Shown here: piece after piece, positions 8,448 through 17,678 of the stretch
Layout: every line of letters begins with the position of its first letter
Numbering within the stretch: position 1 is the stretch's first letter
From: Acidobacteriota bacterium
GTDB taxonomy: Bacteria; Acidobacteriota; Terriglobia; JAJPHL01; JAPKYU01
Length of the DNA stretch: 46,163 bases
Assembly (NCBI GenBank): GCA_026394175.1
Contig: JAPKYU010000013.1
Span: forward strand, 1 to 46,163
Direction: 5' to 3'
The notes under the pieces: model-generated
Told to the model about the DNA's origin: nothing
The model's input: the letters and a program-made list of their open reading frames with translations, nothing else
The model's database searches: none
Position numbers and translations under genes: made by a program

Positions 8448-8526
8448 CTTTGGTCCTCATCCTGGCGCGAAAGCCGTGGGTCTTCGCGCGACGGCGCACG
8501 TTTGGCTGGTAGGTCCGCTTCGGCAT
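8389..8526 (-). CDS. rpmH: 50S ribosomal protein L34
   Basis: Not in the ORF track because it is under 60 aa. Manual translation gives [50 protein letters not shown] (8536-8540, minus strand) lies 9 nt upstream of the ATG. Confidence 0.92.
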   Translation of the reverse strand: MPKRTYQPNVRRRAKTHGFRARMRTKGGRRVLAARRAKGRTRLTV

Positions 8527-8574
8527 GTGTTCTGGCTCCTATATACGCAAGATGCGCCGCGGCGCAAAAGAACA

Positions 8575-8603
8575 ATTGTAGGCAGCCATGCTTGGAAGGT
8601 CAA
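8575..8603 (-). promoter_or_regulatory. Putative sigma70-type promoter of the rpmH-rnpA-yidD-yidC operon
   Basis: On the minus strand: TTGACC (8603-8598), a 17-nt spacer, TACAAT (8580-8575). It lies about 50 nt upstream of the rpmH ATG. Confidence 0.45.
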
Positions 8604-8789
8604 GCACCACGCCGCGCGCATCGCCTCTAAGCCGCGCTGGGAAAAGGAAATTTAGCGTTTGGACCACAGCGGCCCATCATGGTATCTTCATGCGCCCTGC
8701 TTCAGGGCATTCGAGGAACCGCTCGGGTACAAGCATTTTGTGACCTTGCAGCCCTGCCCGGCTCCCAGGCCGGCGCTGGCGGGACGCTG

Positions 8790-10178
8790 ATGAGCCAGAC
8801 CAATAGCTTGCGCAATTTCTCCATTCCCACCACGGAAGTTTCCCCGGCAGCCGCCGCCCCAGCGGTTCACGACTGGGAACGAATCCGCGAGGCCTTGCGC
8901 TTGCGGATCGACGCGCAGAGTTTTGCCACCTGGTTTGAGCCATCCAGCTTCAGCGGGTCGCACAGCGGAATGCTGTACGTGCGGGTCCCCAATCCAACAT
9001 ACAAGGACTGGATCGACGCCAATTACCAGGGCTTGATTCACGGCATCCTGGCCGAACTGGGCCTGTCCCAACATCGCGTGGAGTTCGTCCCGGAGAAGGA
9101 GCCGGTCTCGGTCCGCCTGCCCGCTCAACGGCCGGCGGCCGGCCAGGGCGAACAGTCGCTGGGTTCCCCGCTCAACGCCAAGCACCTCTTCTCGACCTTC
9201 GTGGTGGGGTCCTCCAACCAGTTCGCGCACGCCGCCGCCGTACAGGTGGCAGCCAACCCCGGCCGTTCCTACAACCCTCTGTTCCTATACGGCGGTGTGG
9301 GGCTGGGGAAGACGCACCTGATGCACGCCATGGGACACGAATTGCGCCGGCGCTTCCCTTCCTGGCGCGTCATGTACGTCTCCTCGGAGCGATTCACGAA
9401 CGAGATGGTGGTATCGCTTCGCGACAACATGATGGCCAGCTTCCACCAGCGCTTTCGCGATGTGGACGCACTGCTGGTTGACGACGTCCAGTTCCTCAGC
9501 GGCAAGGAGCGGACCCAGGAGGAATTCTTCCATACCTTCAACACTCTGTACGAGCGCGGCGTGCAGTTGGCCTTCTCCAGTGACCGGCCTCCCAAAGAAC
9601 TCGAGCGCATTGAGGAGCGCCTGCGGTCGCGTTTCGAGATGGGGCTCAGCGCCGACCTGCAACCCGCCGACCTTGAGACCCGGCAGGCCATTCTCATGAA
9701 AAAGGCGGAGTTGGAGCAGTTCAAGCTGCCTGAGCGAGTGGCTCTATTCATCGCCACCAACGTCCGCTCCAACATCCGCGAGCTTGAGGGCTCTCTGATC
9801 CGGCTCATCGCCTACTCATCCCTCACCGGCGAGACGCCCACTGAAGCCCTGGCCAAGCAAGTGCTCGAAGATCTGCTTGAATCCAGCGAGAAGCGAATTT
9901 CAATCGAGCTGATTCAGAAAACTGTGTGTGATCACTTCGGCCTGCGGATGCAAGAATTGAAGGCCAGAGACCACTCACGCCGTATTGTTTTTCCCCGGCA
10001 GGTCGCAATGTGGCTGGCGCGCGAGTTGACCAAATGGTCCCTGCCTGAGATCGCACGTGCATTCGGCGACAAGCACCACACGACGGTCCTGCACTCCATC
10101 AACAAAATCGCCCGGCAAAGGCTGGTCGATAAAGATTTAAACAGGGTCCTGAATAGGTTACTTGCTTCCCTTGAATGA
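8790..10178 (+). CDS. dnaA: Chromosomal replication initiator DnaA
   Basis: Walker A GGVGLGKTHL and an AAA+ core. C-terminal DNA-binding helix FGDKHHTTVLHSINKI. I chose the ATG at 8790 (MSQTNS...) over the track start at 8679, so the start is moderately uncertain. Confidence 0.93.
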   Translation: MSQTNSLRNFSIPTTEVSPAAAAPAVHDWERIREALRLRIDAQSFATWFEPSSFSGSHSGMLYVRVPNPTYKDWIDANYQGLIHGILAELGLSQHRVEFVPEKEPVSVRLPAQRPAAGQGEQSLGSPLNAKHLFSTFVVGSSNQFAHAAAVQVAANPGRSYNPLFLYGGVGLGKTHLMHAMGHELRRRFPSWRVMYVSSERFTNEMVVSLRDNMMASFHQRFRDVDALLVDDVQFLSGKERTQEEFFHTFNTLYERGVQLAFSSDRPPKELERIEERLRSRFEMGLSADLQPADLETRQAILMKKAELEQFKLPERVALFIATNVRSNIRELEGSLIRLIAYSSLTGETPTEALAKQVLEDLLESSEKRISIELIQKTVCDHFGLRMQELKARDHSRRIVFPRQVAMWLARELTKWSLPEIARAFGDKHHTTVLHSINKIARQRLVDKDLNRVLNRLLASLE

Positions 10179-10547
10179 GTTGCGCCAGCCTGTGGAAAAA
10201 CCCCTGTCAAATGCCTGTTGGCAGCGGTATACAGCGACCGAGCTTCCTACGCCCCGGCGCTGGCAGCAGGCGTCCGTCCTCAGGCTCCAATTCCCGCATC
10301 TCCATCGGAACCAAGGGCCTTGGCAGTTTTCCTCGTTTTCCACCGCGCTACTACTACTATTATTGATTTCTTAAGGGGTTCGGTATAGCAATAGGAGTAC
10401 ACTAGGGACCTGGAGAACGCACAGGAGGCCAGGGAGCCGGCTGTGCTGGCAGGGTGTGCGATCAAGCAGCCGGTTGGGGTGAGCCAAGGGGCCTCCGTAT
10501 CGCGGAGCGATGAGCACATGGGCACTTTAGCCAAGAGCATGAGCCAG
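10179..10547. other. Candidate oriC segment in the dnaA-dnaN spacer (weak)
   Basis: TGTGGAAAA (10191-10199) matches the DnaA-box consensus TGTGGATAA at 8 of 9 positions. TTTTCCACC (10336-10344) matches TTATCCACA at 7 of 9. The locally most AT-rich stretch, CTACTACTACTATTATTGATTTCTTAAGG, is at about 10349-10376. Confidence 0.3.
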
Positions 10548-11660
10548 ATGGAATTCACCGTCAATCAAGCTGATCTGGTCAAGGAACTGGGCCTGTCGCA
10601 GGGCGTAGTTGAGAAGAAGACGACCATCCCCATTCTCTCCAATGTCCTGATTGAGGCGCGTGGCGAAGCCATCGAGTTGACCAGTACGGACCTGGAAATC
10701 GGTGTCCGGAGCGCGTGTCCTGCCAAGGTCTCGGCCGAAGGCTCGGTGACTGTGCCGGCCAAAAAATTACTGGACTACGTGCGCCTCTTGGAGAGTGGTG
10801 AGGTCACGGTGCGGCTGCAGGAGAATTTCTGGGTCCAGATTACCGCCAAGCGGGCCCGAACCCGCATGGTCGGCATGTCGCGTGAGAACTTTCCTGTTCT
10901 GCCGCAGATGCCGGATGTGGTGGCGCACCTGGGGGCCGGGATGCTGCTGGACATGATCGGCAAGGTCATCTTTGCGGTTTCCAGCGAGGAGTCCCGCTAC
11001 ACGCTAAACGGGGCGCTGCTGGTGGTACGGCCTGACTCCGTCATTATGGTTGCCACCGACGGCCACCGCCTGGCTTACGTTGAGGCGCCCTACCAGGCCG
11101 GCGTCTCATCGGAGGTCCGGGCCCTGGTCGGCAAGAAGGCCATGGGCGAGCTGATCCGGTTGTTGTCGCAGCAGGAGGATCCCAATTCCATCCTGGACTT
11201 CGGGCGTGATGAGAGCCACCTGTTTTTCCGCACCGGAGGGCGGCTTCTGATCTCCCGCCTGCTCAGCGGCCAATTCCCGAATTACGAGGCGGTAATTCCA
11301 AAGGAGAACAACCGGGTCGTGGTGCTCGATCGCGACGCGGTCGCCGGCGCGTTGCGGCGCGTATCACAATTTGCGGACGAGAGATCGCACGCCGTGAAAT
11401 TGCAGTTGGCTACCGGCGAGCTGAAGGTCTCGTCATCCAGCTCAGAGAGCGGTGAATCGGAAGAGACGCTGGAAGCGCAATATGAGGGAGACGCCGTGCA
11501 GGTCGGATTCAACTCGCAGTACCTGCTGGATTTCCTCGCGGCGATGGGAACGGGGCCGGTGCGCCTCGAATTCAAGGATGAACAGTCGGCGGGGCAGTTG
11601 TGTCCGGCGGGCGCCGACGCTCCTCAGTACCGCTACATCGTGATGCCCATGCGGATTTAG
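10548..11660 (+). CDS. dnaN: DNA polymerase III beta sliding clamp
   Basis: Begins MEFTVNQADLVKEL... and TIPILSNVLIEA, and ends YRYIVMPMRI. I chose the ATG at 10548 over the upstream track start. Confidence 0.95.
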   Translation: MEFTVNQADLVKELGLSQGVVEKKTTIPILSNVLIEARGEAIELTSTDLEIGVRSACPAKVSAEGSVTVPAKKLLDYVRLLESGEVTVRLQENFWVQITAKRARTRMVGMSRENFPVLPQMPDVVAHLGAGMLLDMIGKVIFAVSSEESRYTLNGALLVVRPDSVIMVATDGHRLAYVEAPYQAGVSSEVRALVGKKAMGELIRLLSQQEDPNSILDFGRDESHLFFRTGGRLLISRLLSGQFPNYEAVIPKENNRVVVLDRDAVAGALRRVSQFADERSHAVKLQLATGELKVSSSSSESGESEETLEAQYEGDAVQVGFNSQYLLDFLAAMGTGPVRLEFKDEQSAGQLCPAGADAPQYRYIVMPMRI

Positions 11661-11668
11661 GCTATAGA

Positions 11669-11714
11669 CCGTAGGCTGTGGGCTGTAGGAGGCATCGAGC
11701 CACAGCCTACAGCC
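11669..11714. repeat. GCTGTRG-family heptamer hairpin between convergent dnaN and a small ORF
   Basis: CCGTAGGCTGTGGGCTGTAGG ... GCCACAGCCTACAGCC. Confidence 0.8.
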
Positions 11715-12019
11715 TAATCCAGGTCGATATCCCGTGGCGGGGGTGGGCTGAGCGGCTCATCCTTGGCTTTCTGGAAGGCCTCCTCGAATTTCCGCTCCAG
11801 CAGTTTCACCCGCTTGCGCTCAGCCTGCACACTTTTCTGAAACTGTTCGTCGCGATGGCTTTCCTTGTCGCGCAAGGCCCGCGCGGCCTCGGCCAGGTCG
11901 GAGATTTTGGGGTGCTTGGGAGGGTTGTCATGTGAGATGACCGCGCGCAGGTCCGCGTCCACTCGAAGGCGGGCGTGGCAGCAAGGACATACGATGTCGA
12001 AGGTGCGTGGCCTGCCCAT
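11714..12019 (-). CDS. Small hypothetical protein (101 aa) with an N-terminal CPCC zinc-ribbon-like motif and a charged coiled-coil tail
   Basis: MGRPRTFDIVCPCCHARLRV... followed by a K/E/R-rich helix. The ATG at 12017-12019 lies 2 nt after the deacetylase stop, which suggests translational coupling. The 353-aa track ORF was rejected because it overlaps the deacetylase gene out of frame. Confidence 0.5.
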   Translation of the reverse strand: MGRPRTFDIVCPCCHARLRVDADLRAVISHDNPPKHPKISDLAEAARALRDKESHRDEQFQKSVQAERKRVKLLERKFEEAFQKAKDEPLSPPPPRDIDLD

Positions 12020-12021
12020 AA

Positions 12022-12960
12022 TCAGCCTCCTCCGCTGCCGGTCCGGGTTTTCGCGGCCAGCACGGCATCGCGCAGCGACAATACCGTGTTGGCGTGGATC
12101 ACGACCGTGTCCGCGACGCGGCGGGCGTAACCGCCGGCCAGTGTGGCCATCACCGGCAGGCCGCGCTCCGCGGCCATGCCGAACACCATGTCGTCGCGCC
12201 GGCGCAGGCCCTCGATCGTCAGCCGCAGGCCTCCCAACTGGTCTTCCTTGTAAGGATCGGCCCCGGCCAGGTGAAACACCAGGTGCGGCTGGAACGAGGA
12301 ATAGGCCCGGCGCAGCGCTTCGCCCAGCAACTCCAGGTATTCGGCGTCTTCCACTCCGTCGGCCAGGTTCACATCCAGGGTGCTGGGCGGCTTGGGAACC
12401 GGGTAGTTGTTCTGCTGGTGGATGGAGAGGGTGAAGACTTCCGGATCGCCGCCAAAAATGGCCGCGGTGCCGTTGCCCTGGTGCACGTCGGTGTCCACGA
12501 TGAGGGCCCTGCGAATGACGCCGTCTTTCTGCAAGCGCCGCACGGCCACGGCTACGTCGTGAACGACGCAGAAGCCTTCGCCGTGGTCGGGGTGGGCGTG
12601 GTGGAATCCGCCGCACAGGTTCATGGCCGCGCCCCGCTCCAGGGCCAGGCGCGAGGCCTGGATGGAGCCGCCCGCCGACAGCCAGAACCCCCGCACCAGT
12701 TCCGCCGAGTAGGGAACTTCCAGGCGCGCGACTTCCCAGTGGCTGAGCGTGCCGGCCCGCAGCTTGCGCACCCACTCGGCGGTGTGAACCAGCAGGATGT
12801 CTTCGTCGCAGGCTTCTCGTGGGGCTACGAAATCGGAAGGCTCGGCGGCGCCCTCGGCCAGCAGGCGCTGGTAGATCAGCCGGTACTTGAGGGCGGGAAA
12901 AACGTGGTCGCCCAGGATCAGTTCGTAATCGTCCGAATAGACAACGGGAAACGGCAGCAT
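12022..12960 (-). CDS. Histone deacetylase/acetoin-utilisation family deacetylase
   Basis: GGFHHAHPDHGEGFCVVHDVAVA, DTDVHQGNGT and AGADPYKED motifs of the HDAC/arginase-fold family. Start is at MLPFPVVY (12958-12960). Confidence 0.9.
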   Translation of the reverse strand: MLPFPVVYSDDYELILGDHVFPALKYRLIYQRLLAEGAAEPSDFVAPREACDEDILLVHTAEWVRKLRAGTLSHWEVARLEVPYSAELVRGFWLSAGGSIQASRLALERGAAMNLCGGFHHAHPDHGEGFCVVHDVAVAVRRLQKDGVIRRALIVDTDVHQGNGTAAIFGGDPEVFTLSIHQQNNYPVPKPPSTLDVNLADGVEDAEYLELLGEALRRAYSSFQPHLVFHLAGADPYKEDQLGGLRLTIEGLRRRDDMVFGMAAERGLPVMATLAGGYARRVADTVVIHANTVLSLRDAVLAAKTRTGSGGG

Positions 12961-13059
12961 GGAACCGCTCCAGCCCGATTGTATCAAAACCCGTCGGGAT
13001 CGCCCCCGCGCCCCTGTGCGGCGCCGCGGGCGGACATCACGGAACAACCAGGGCGGCGG

Positions 13060-13082
13060 ATTCGTAAAAGGTGATTACGAAT
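13060..13082. promoter_or_regulatory. Inverted repeat ATTCGTAA-N7-TTACGAAT in a divergent promoter region
   Basis: 8-bp perfect arms between the deacetylase start (12960) and the DUF4097-like start (13128). Its function is unknown. Confidence 0.2.
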
Positions 13083-13127
13083 AGGGGGCCCGTCCAACCG
13101 CCGAAGAAGATGGCGTAGGAGGCTTTC

Positions 13128-14084
13128 ATGCGTATCGTGGTGAGCGTGCTGGTGGCGCTGGCGGCCGTGTTTGTGATGAACTCGCCGGGGATCGTGCCCA
13201 GGCCGGAGGGCCGTTTCCAGCAGACCCTGTCCGTTTCCGGGCCCGTGGAACTCCGCGTGGCGACCGGCTCCGGCTCGGTCCGGGTGCGGAAAGGCGACTC
13301 CCACAGCGTCCGCATCCAGGCGCACATCCGTGCCGATTCGCGCGGCGACGCGGCGCTGGTGCACGACATCGAGCGGAATCCGCCCATCCGCCAGAGCGGC
13401 AATACCATCACCATTGGAACCGAGGTCCGGCGCTGGGAGCATGTCAGCATTTCCTACGAAGTGACGGTCCCGGAACAGACGCAGGTGGGGGCGCGAACCG
13501 GCGCGGGTTCGGTTGCCGTCTACGGCGTGGCGGGACCGGTTGATGCCGCCAGCGGCTCGGGCTCAGTCAATGCGGAAAACATTGGCGCCCGGGTGCTGGT
13601 CAAGAGCGGCGCCGGTTCCATTGCCGTCAGCCGGGCCGGGGGCGACGTGAACGCCATCACCGGCAGCGGCGGCCTGGAGTTGAACGATATTAAGGGTTCG
13701 GCCGAAGCTGAGACCGGCAGTGGAAGCATCAGCGTATCGGGTGCCACCGGCCGCGTCCGCGCCCACACCCGCTCCGGCCGCGTCCGCGTGGCCAAGGCCA
13801 ATGCCGACGTGGATGCCAAGACCGGCAGTGGCGGCATCGAGGTGGACGGCCGGCCCAAAGCGGCCCGCTGGGAATTGCGCACCGGTTCCGGGCCGGTCAC
13901 GGTCAGCCTTCCTTCCGGTACCGGTTTCGAGTTGGATGCGCACAGCGGTTCGGGCCGCATCAGCACCGCCCACCAACTCACCCGCACAGAGGCCTCGGGC
14001 AAGCACGAATTGCGGGGGCTGGTGGGCCGGCCCGACAACCGCGTCTTCATCCGCACGAGCAGCGGCAGCGTCCGCATCGATTAG
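13128..14084 (+). CDS. DUF4097-like beta-strand repeat protein with an N-terminal signal/anchor
   Basis: AGGAGG lies upstream. The N-terminus is hydrophobic. Units of the form (T/S)GSG(S/G)(I/V)xV recur about every 20 aa. Confidence 0.75.
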   Translation: MRIVVSVLVALAAVFVMNSPGIVPRPEGRFQQTLSVSGPVELRVATGSGSVRVRKGDSHSVRIQAHIRADSRGDAALVHDIERNPPIRQSGNTITIGTEVRRWEHVSISYEVTVPEQTQVGARTGAGSVAVYGVAGPVDAASGSGSVNAENIGARVLVKSGAGSIAVSRAGGDVNAITGSGGLELNDIKGSAEAETGSGSISVSGATGRVRAHTRSGRVRVAKANADVDAKTGSGGIEVDGRPKAARWELRTGSGPVTVSLPSGTGFELDAHSGSGRISTAHQLTRTEASGKHELRGLVGRPDNRVFIRTSSGSVRID

Positions 14085-14199
14085 GCCGTAGGCTGTGGGC
14101 CGTCGGCTGACTGGGTGCGGCCGCTTCCAGTGCTGGGGCCGCGCCTTCGCAGGCCCCCAAACCCGGAGCCCACAGCCCATAGCCCACAGCCCACAGGCC
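14085..14199. repeat. GCTGTRG-family heptamer hairpin with a long loop
   Basis: GCCGTAGGCTGTGGGCCGTCGGCTG ... GAGCCCACAGCCCATAGCCCACAGCCCACAGGCC. The loop carries an inner GCGGCC/GGCCGC stem. Confidence 0.8.
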
Positions 14200-14270
14200 A
14201 ACTAAGCTTTTGCGCTGGTTCGACTTTTGGGGTATTCTGCGATATCGAATTCCCCAGTGCGGGTGTGTCC

Positions 14271-17200
14271 ATGGCCTTCGGTTTGGGATATAACAAGGCA
14301 AAGATCCTCGGGGCAGCGGAGAAATCCGTGCAGCAGGGCAAGATTCCCGCTGCCATCCAGGAATACCAGAAAATCATCGAGAACGAACCGCGCGACCTGA
14401 CGGTCCTGAACATCGTCGGGGACCTGTATCTTCGGATCAACAAAGCCGAAGACGCGCTCAAGTGCTTTTACAAGCTAGGGGAAGCGTACCTGGACGGCGG
14501 ATTCACGCGCAACGCCATTGCCGTGTACCGGCGCATTCTGCGTGTGGACGCCAACGCCATCGACGCCATCGTGCGCCTGGCGGAGTTGTATACCCTTCAG
14601 GGGCAACTGAACGAGGCGCGCTCTCAGTACCAGGCCGCGGGCGAGTATTACGGGCAGCGGAACGAGACGGCCAAGTGCGTCGAGGTGATGGAGAAGACGC
14701 TGCTGCTGGACCCGGAGAACGTGGGGGCCAAGCAGCGGCTGGCGCAGCTCTATGAGCAGGTCAATCGGCGGGAGGAAGCGGCGGCGATGTACCTGTCGGC
14801 CGCCGAGGGGCTGGCGGACCGCGCCAAACCGGCTGAGGCGGAGAAGCTGCTGGCCCACGCCCGGGAGCTGGGCATTTCCGGACCCGAGACGGCCGTGCTG
14901 CAGGCGCGCATTCAGGTGGATGACGGCCGGGCGCAGCAGGCCATCGAGACGCTGCGGGCGCTGGCCCCCGAGCAGACCGACAAGGCGGCGCTCAACGTCC
15001 TGTTCCACGCCTACAGTTCGCTGGAGGACTGGAGCGGTGCCGCCGGGATCGCCCGCCGCCTGCTGGACGAGCACGACGATGTGGCGGGTTTGGCCATGGC
15101 CTGCGACCGGCTGCTGGACCGCGAGCGGTACGCCGAGGCGCTGGAAAACTACCGGCACATGGCCGACCGCCTGATCGCGCAGCACAACACCTCGCCGCTG
15201 GTCGAGGGGCTGCAAAAGATCGTCAAGGCGGAGTCCGCCAATACCGGGGCGCTCAAATTGCTGCGCCACGTTTATCAGGAGACCGGCGAATCCGGCTCCC
15301 TGGCCGAAACGTGCCAGCAACTGGCGGGCGCCCACATGGAGCTGGGCGAGCTGGACGAGGCGCGGGCATTGCTCCAGGACCTGGTTGGGAGCGACCCGGA
15401 CAACCAGCAGTACCTCCGCGACCTGCGCGAGGTGGAAGCCAAGCTGGGGCGGCCGGCCGCACCCCCGCCCGGCGCCGGCCGCATGGAAGCCGCTTTCGCC
15501 GAGGAGTTGGCTGTGCCTCCGGTGGCCGTCCGGGAGCCGCTGACCGCGCAGGAGCAGGAAGCGCTGAACGCCGCGATCACCGAGAGCGATCTATACGTCA
15601 CCTACCGCCAGACCGGCAAGGCCATCGCTCCACTGGAAGCCGTCCTGGCCCGGCTTCCCAGCAACATCACCCTGAACGAGCGGCTGCTGGAGCTGTACGA
15701 GCAGGCGCGGCAGTTCGACAAGGCGGCCGCGCGGGCCGGGGTCTTGCGAAGGGTCTACGGCGGCGCCGGGGACTCCGAGCGCGCGGCGACGTATGCGGAC
15801 AGGCGCGCCCGCCTGCTGGAGCGGGCCGGCGCGGCTGTTGTGGCCGAGCCCGCGGGGGCGCCGGCCGCCGCTCCGCAATTCCCTGAGTTCTCGCTGGCCC
15901 CGCCCGTGGCCGAATTCCCCATCGAGCAGGCGCCCGCGCCGGCCGGGTTCGAGGCCGCTGCCCCGGCGGCGGAGCCGGCTCCGGCCGTTCGCGAGGTGGA
16001 TCTGTCGGACTGGGAGGCGATGCTGGCGGCCCACGAGGTTGCGCCTGTCGCGCCTCCACCGCCGGCCGTCGCGGATTTGGCCCAGGGCGGCAAGCAGATC
16101 GAAGAGTACCTGCGGTCGGGCCAGATTTCGGAGGCCACCACGGTGCTCTCGCAGTTGCAGGAGCAGTTCGCTGGCGCGCCCGAGTTGGACTCCCTGGCCG
16201 AACGCGTGGCCATGGCGGCCATGGGCATGCCGGTGGAGCCGGCCGCGCCCGCCCCGCAGCCCGCCGCTGCGGAGATGGAGCTGGTTTCGGCGGAAGCACA
16301 GCCGGCCCCCGAGGCCAGCTCAACTGTCCAGGAGTTCCAGTTCGGGTCGTTCGGCGAGCCCGCCGGCGCAGAAGCGCCCACGCTGGAATGGCCGGCAGCC
16401 CCGGCACCGCCCCCCGAGCCGACCGTCGCCGAGCAGCCGGCAGCGGTGTCCGAACCGGCGGCGCCGGAGTGGCCGGAGCCGCAGGCGGCGCCTTCGTGGC
16501 CGGAGCCGGAGCCCGCGCCGATCCCTGTTGCCGAGCCGGCTCCACCGGCTGCCGCACCCGACCTTCAACTCCACATCGAGGAGCACCCGGCAGCCACCGA
16601 AGAGTTTGAATTGGCCCTGGAAGAGGAACCGGCGGCTCCACCTCCACCTCCGGCCGCGGCCCCGGCCCCGAAGCCTGCCGCCGTTGCACCGCCTCCCATC
16701 GCTCCGCCGCCGCCCCCGGCCGCGCCCGTCCGGTCGGGTATCGAGAGTCTGGTTGGCGCCTTGGAAGAGGAGTTGGAGGGCATCGCGCCGCCGCCCAAGG
16801 CGCCCGTGGCTCCGCGGCCTGCCCCGGCCGCCGTGCCGCCGCCCCCGGTTGCTGCCGCGCCCGCGCCGGCGCCTGCCGCATCGGGCGGCGCGCTCGCCGA
16901 CGTCTTCGCAGACTTCAAGAAGGACATGGAGGAGGAGGCGGCGGGCTCCGAGGCCGACATCGAAACCCATTTCAACATGGGCGTCGCCTACAAGGAGATG
17001 CGCTTGTTCGATGAGGCCATCGGTGAGTTGCAGAAGGCCTACCAGACGGCGGAGCACACCAAGAGCTACGGCAACTACGTCCGCTGCTGCACCCTGCTGG
17101 CCCATTGCTTTGTCGAAAAAGGCATGCCGCTGCCCGCCGTCCGTTGGCTGGAGAACGCGCTGAAGGCCCCCGGTCTGGAACACGAGGACATATTGGCCCT

Positions 17201-17336
17201 CCGCTATGAAATCGGCTCGGCCAACGAATTGGCCGGCAATAAGAAGGCCGCGCTCGACAGCTTCATGGAAGTCTACGCCTTGAACATCGACTACCGGGAC
17301 GTTGCCGAGCGCATCCGCGGACTGCAGGGAACATAG
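14271..17336 (+). CDS. Tetratricopeptide-repeat protein with a very long Pro/Ala-rich central region
   Basis: N-terminal TPR-like helices (AIQEYQKIIENEP..., AIAVYRRILRVD...). The central region is P/A/E-rich low complexity. The C-terminal TPR unit is HFNMGVAYKEMRLFDEAIGELQKAY. I chose the ATG at 14271. Confidence 0.8.
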   Translation: MAFGLGYNKAKILGAAEKSVQQGKIPAAIQEYQKIIENEPRDLTVLNIVGDLYLRINKAEDALKCFYKLGEAYLDGGFTRNAIAVYRRILRVDANAIDAIVRLAELYTLQGQLNEARSQYQAAGEYYGQRNETAKCVEVMEKTLLLDPENVGAKQRLAQLYEQVNRREEAAAMYLSAAEGLADRAKPAEAEKLLAHARELGISGPETAVLQARIQVDDGRAQQAIETLRALAPEQTDKAALNVLFHAYSSLEDWSGAAGIARRLLDEHDDVAGLAMACDRLLDRERYAEALENYRHMADRLIAQHNTSPLVEGLQKIVKAESANTGALKLLRHVYQETGESGSLAETCQQLAGAHMELGELDEARALLQDLVGSDPDNQQYLRDLREVEAKLGRPAAPPPGAGRMEAAFAEELAVPPVAVREPLTAQEQEALNAAITESDLYVTYRQTGKAIAPLEAVLARLPSNITLNERLLELYEQARQFDKAAARAGVLRRVYGGAGDSERAATYADRRARLLERAGAAVVAEPAGAPAAAPQFPEFSLAPPVAEFPIEQAPAPAGFEAAAPAAEPAPAVREVDLSDWEAMLAAHEVAPVAPPPPAVADLAQGGKQIEEYLRSGQISEATTVLSQLQEQFAGAPELDSLAERVAMAAMGMPVEPAAPAPQPAAAEMELVSAEAQPAPEASSTVQEFQFGSFGEPAGAEAPTLEWPAAPAPPPEPTVAEQPAAVSEPAAPEWPEPQAAPSWPEPEPAPIPVAEPAPPAAAPDLQLHIEEHPAATEEFELALEEEPAAPPPPPAAAPAPKPAAVAPPPIAPPPPPAAPVRSGIESLVGALEEELEGIAPPPKAPVAPRPAPAAVPPPPVAAAPAPAPAASGGALADVFADFKKDMEEEAAGSEADIETHFNMGVAYKEMRLFDEAIGELQKAYQTAEHTKSYGNYVRCCTLLAHCFVEKGMPLPAVRWLENALKAPGLEHEDILALRYEIGSANELAGNKKAALDSFMEVYALNIDYRDVAERIRGLQGT

Positions 17337-17351
17337 ACGCGTACCCGCCAA

Positions 17352-17675
17352 ATGTGGAAGCGGATCCTGTATTTCGTCTTCGTCCTGTTCGCCATCGAGA
17401 TGGGACTGTTTCTCGCCGCCCTGCCCTGGACCTCGCTCTGGGAACGGAATATTCTCGGTTCGCTTTTTCCCGCGTTTCGGCCGGTGCTGTTGAGCAATTA
17501 TTTCCGCGGCGCGCTCACCGGGCTGGGCCTGATCGACATCTGGATTGGCGTTTCCAATCTGTGGAATTCCCGGGAGAACCTGGCGCGGATGGGGAAAGAG
17601 GAACAGGCGGCGCCCGCGGCGCGGCACGCCGGCGAGGGTGAGATGGCGTCCATGCCGCCGGGCCGCAAGCCGTAA
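17352..17675 (+). CDS. Small hypothetical membrane protein (107 aa)
   Basis: Two hydrophobic segments (ILYFVFVLFAIEMGLFLAALPW and ALTGLGLIDIWIGV). It starts 16 nt after the TPR gene. Confidence 0.5.
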   Translation: MWKRILYFVFVLFAIEMGLFLAALPWTSLWERNILGSLFPAFRPVLLSNYFRGALTGLGLIDIWIGVSNLWNSRENLARMGKEEQAAPAARHAGEGEMASMPPGRKP

Positions 17676-17678
17676 AAA

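Noticed and set aside
8527-8789. An expected DnaA-box cluster or oriC in the rpmH-dnaA spacer.
   Set aside because: The best match I can find is 6/9 (TGGACCACA). There is no AT-rich unwinding element, only promoter-like hexamers.
11714-12775. 353-aa minus-strand ORF spanning the small zinc-ribbon ORF and much of the deacetylase gene.
   Set aside because: Upstream of residue ~253 it overlaps the HDAC-family gene in another frame and is pure Arg/Pro/Gly low complexity. Only the last 101 codons, from the ATG at 12019, look like coding sequence.
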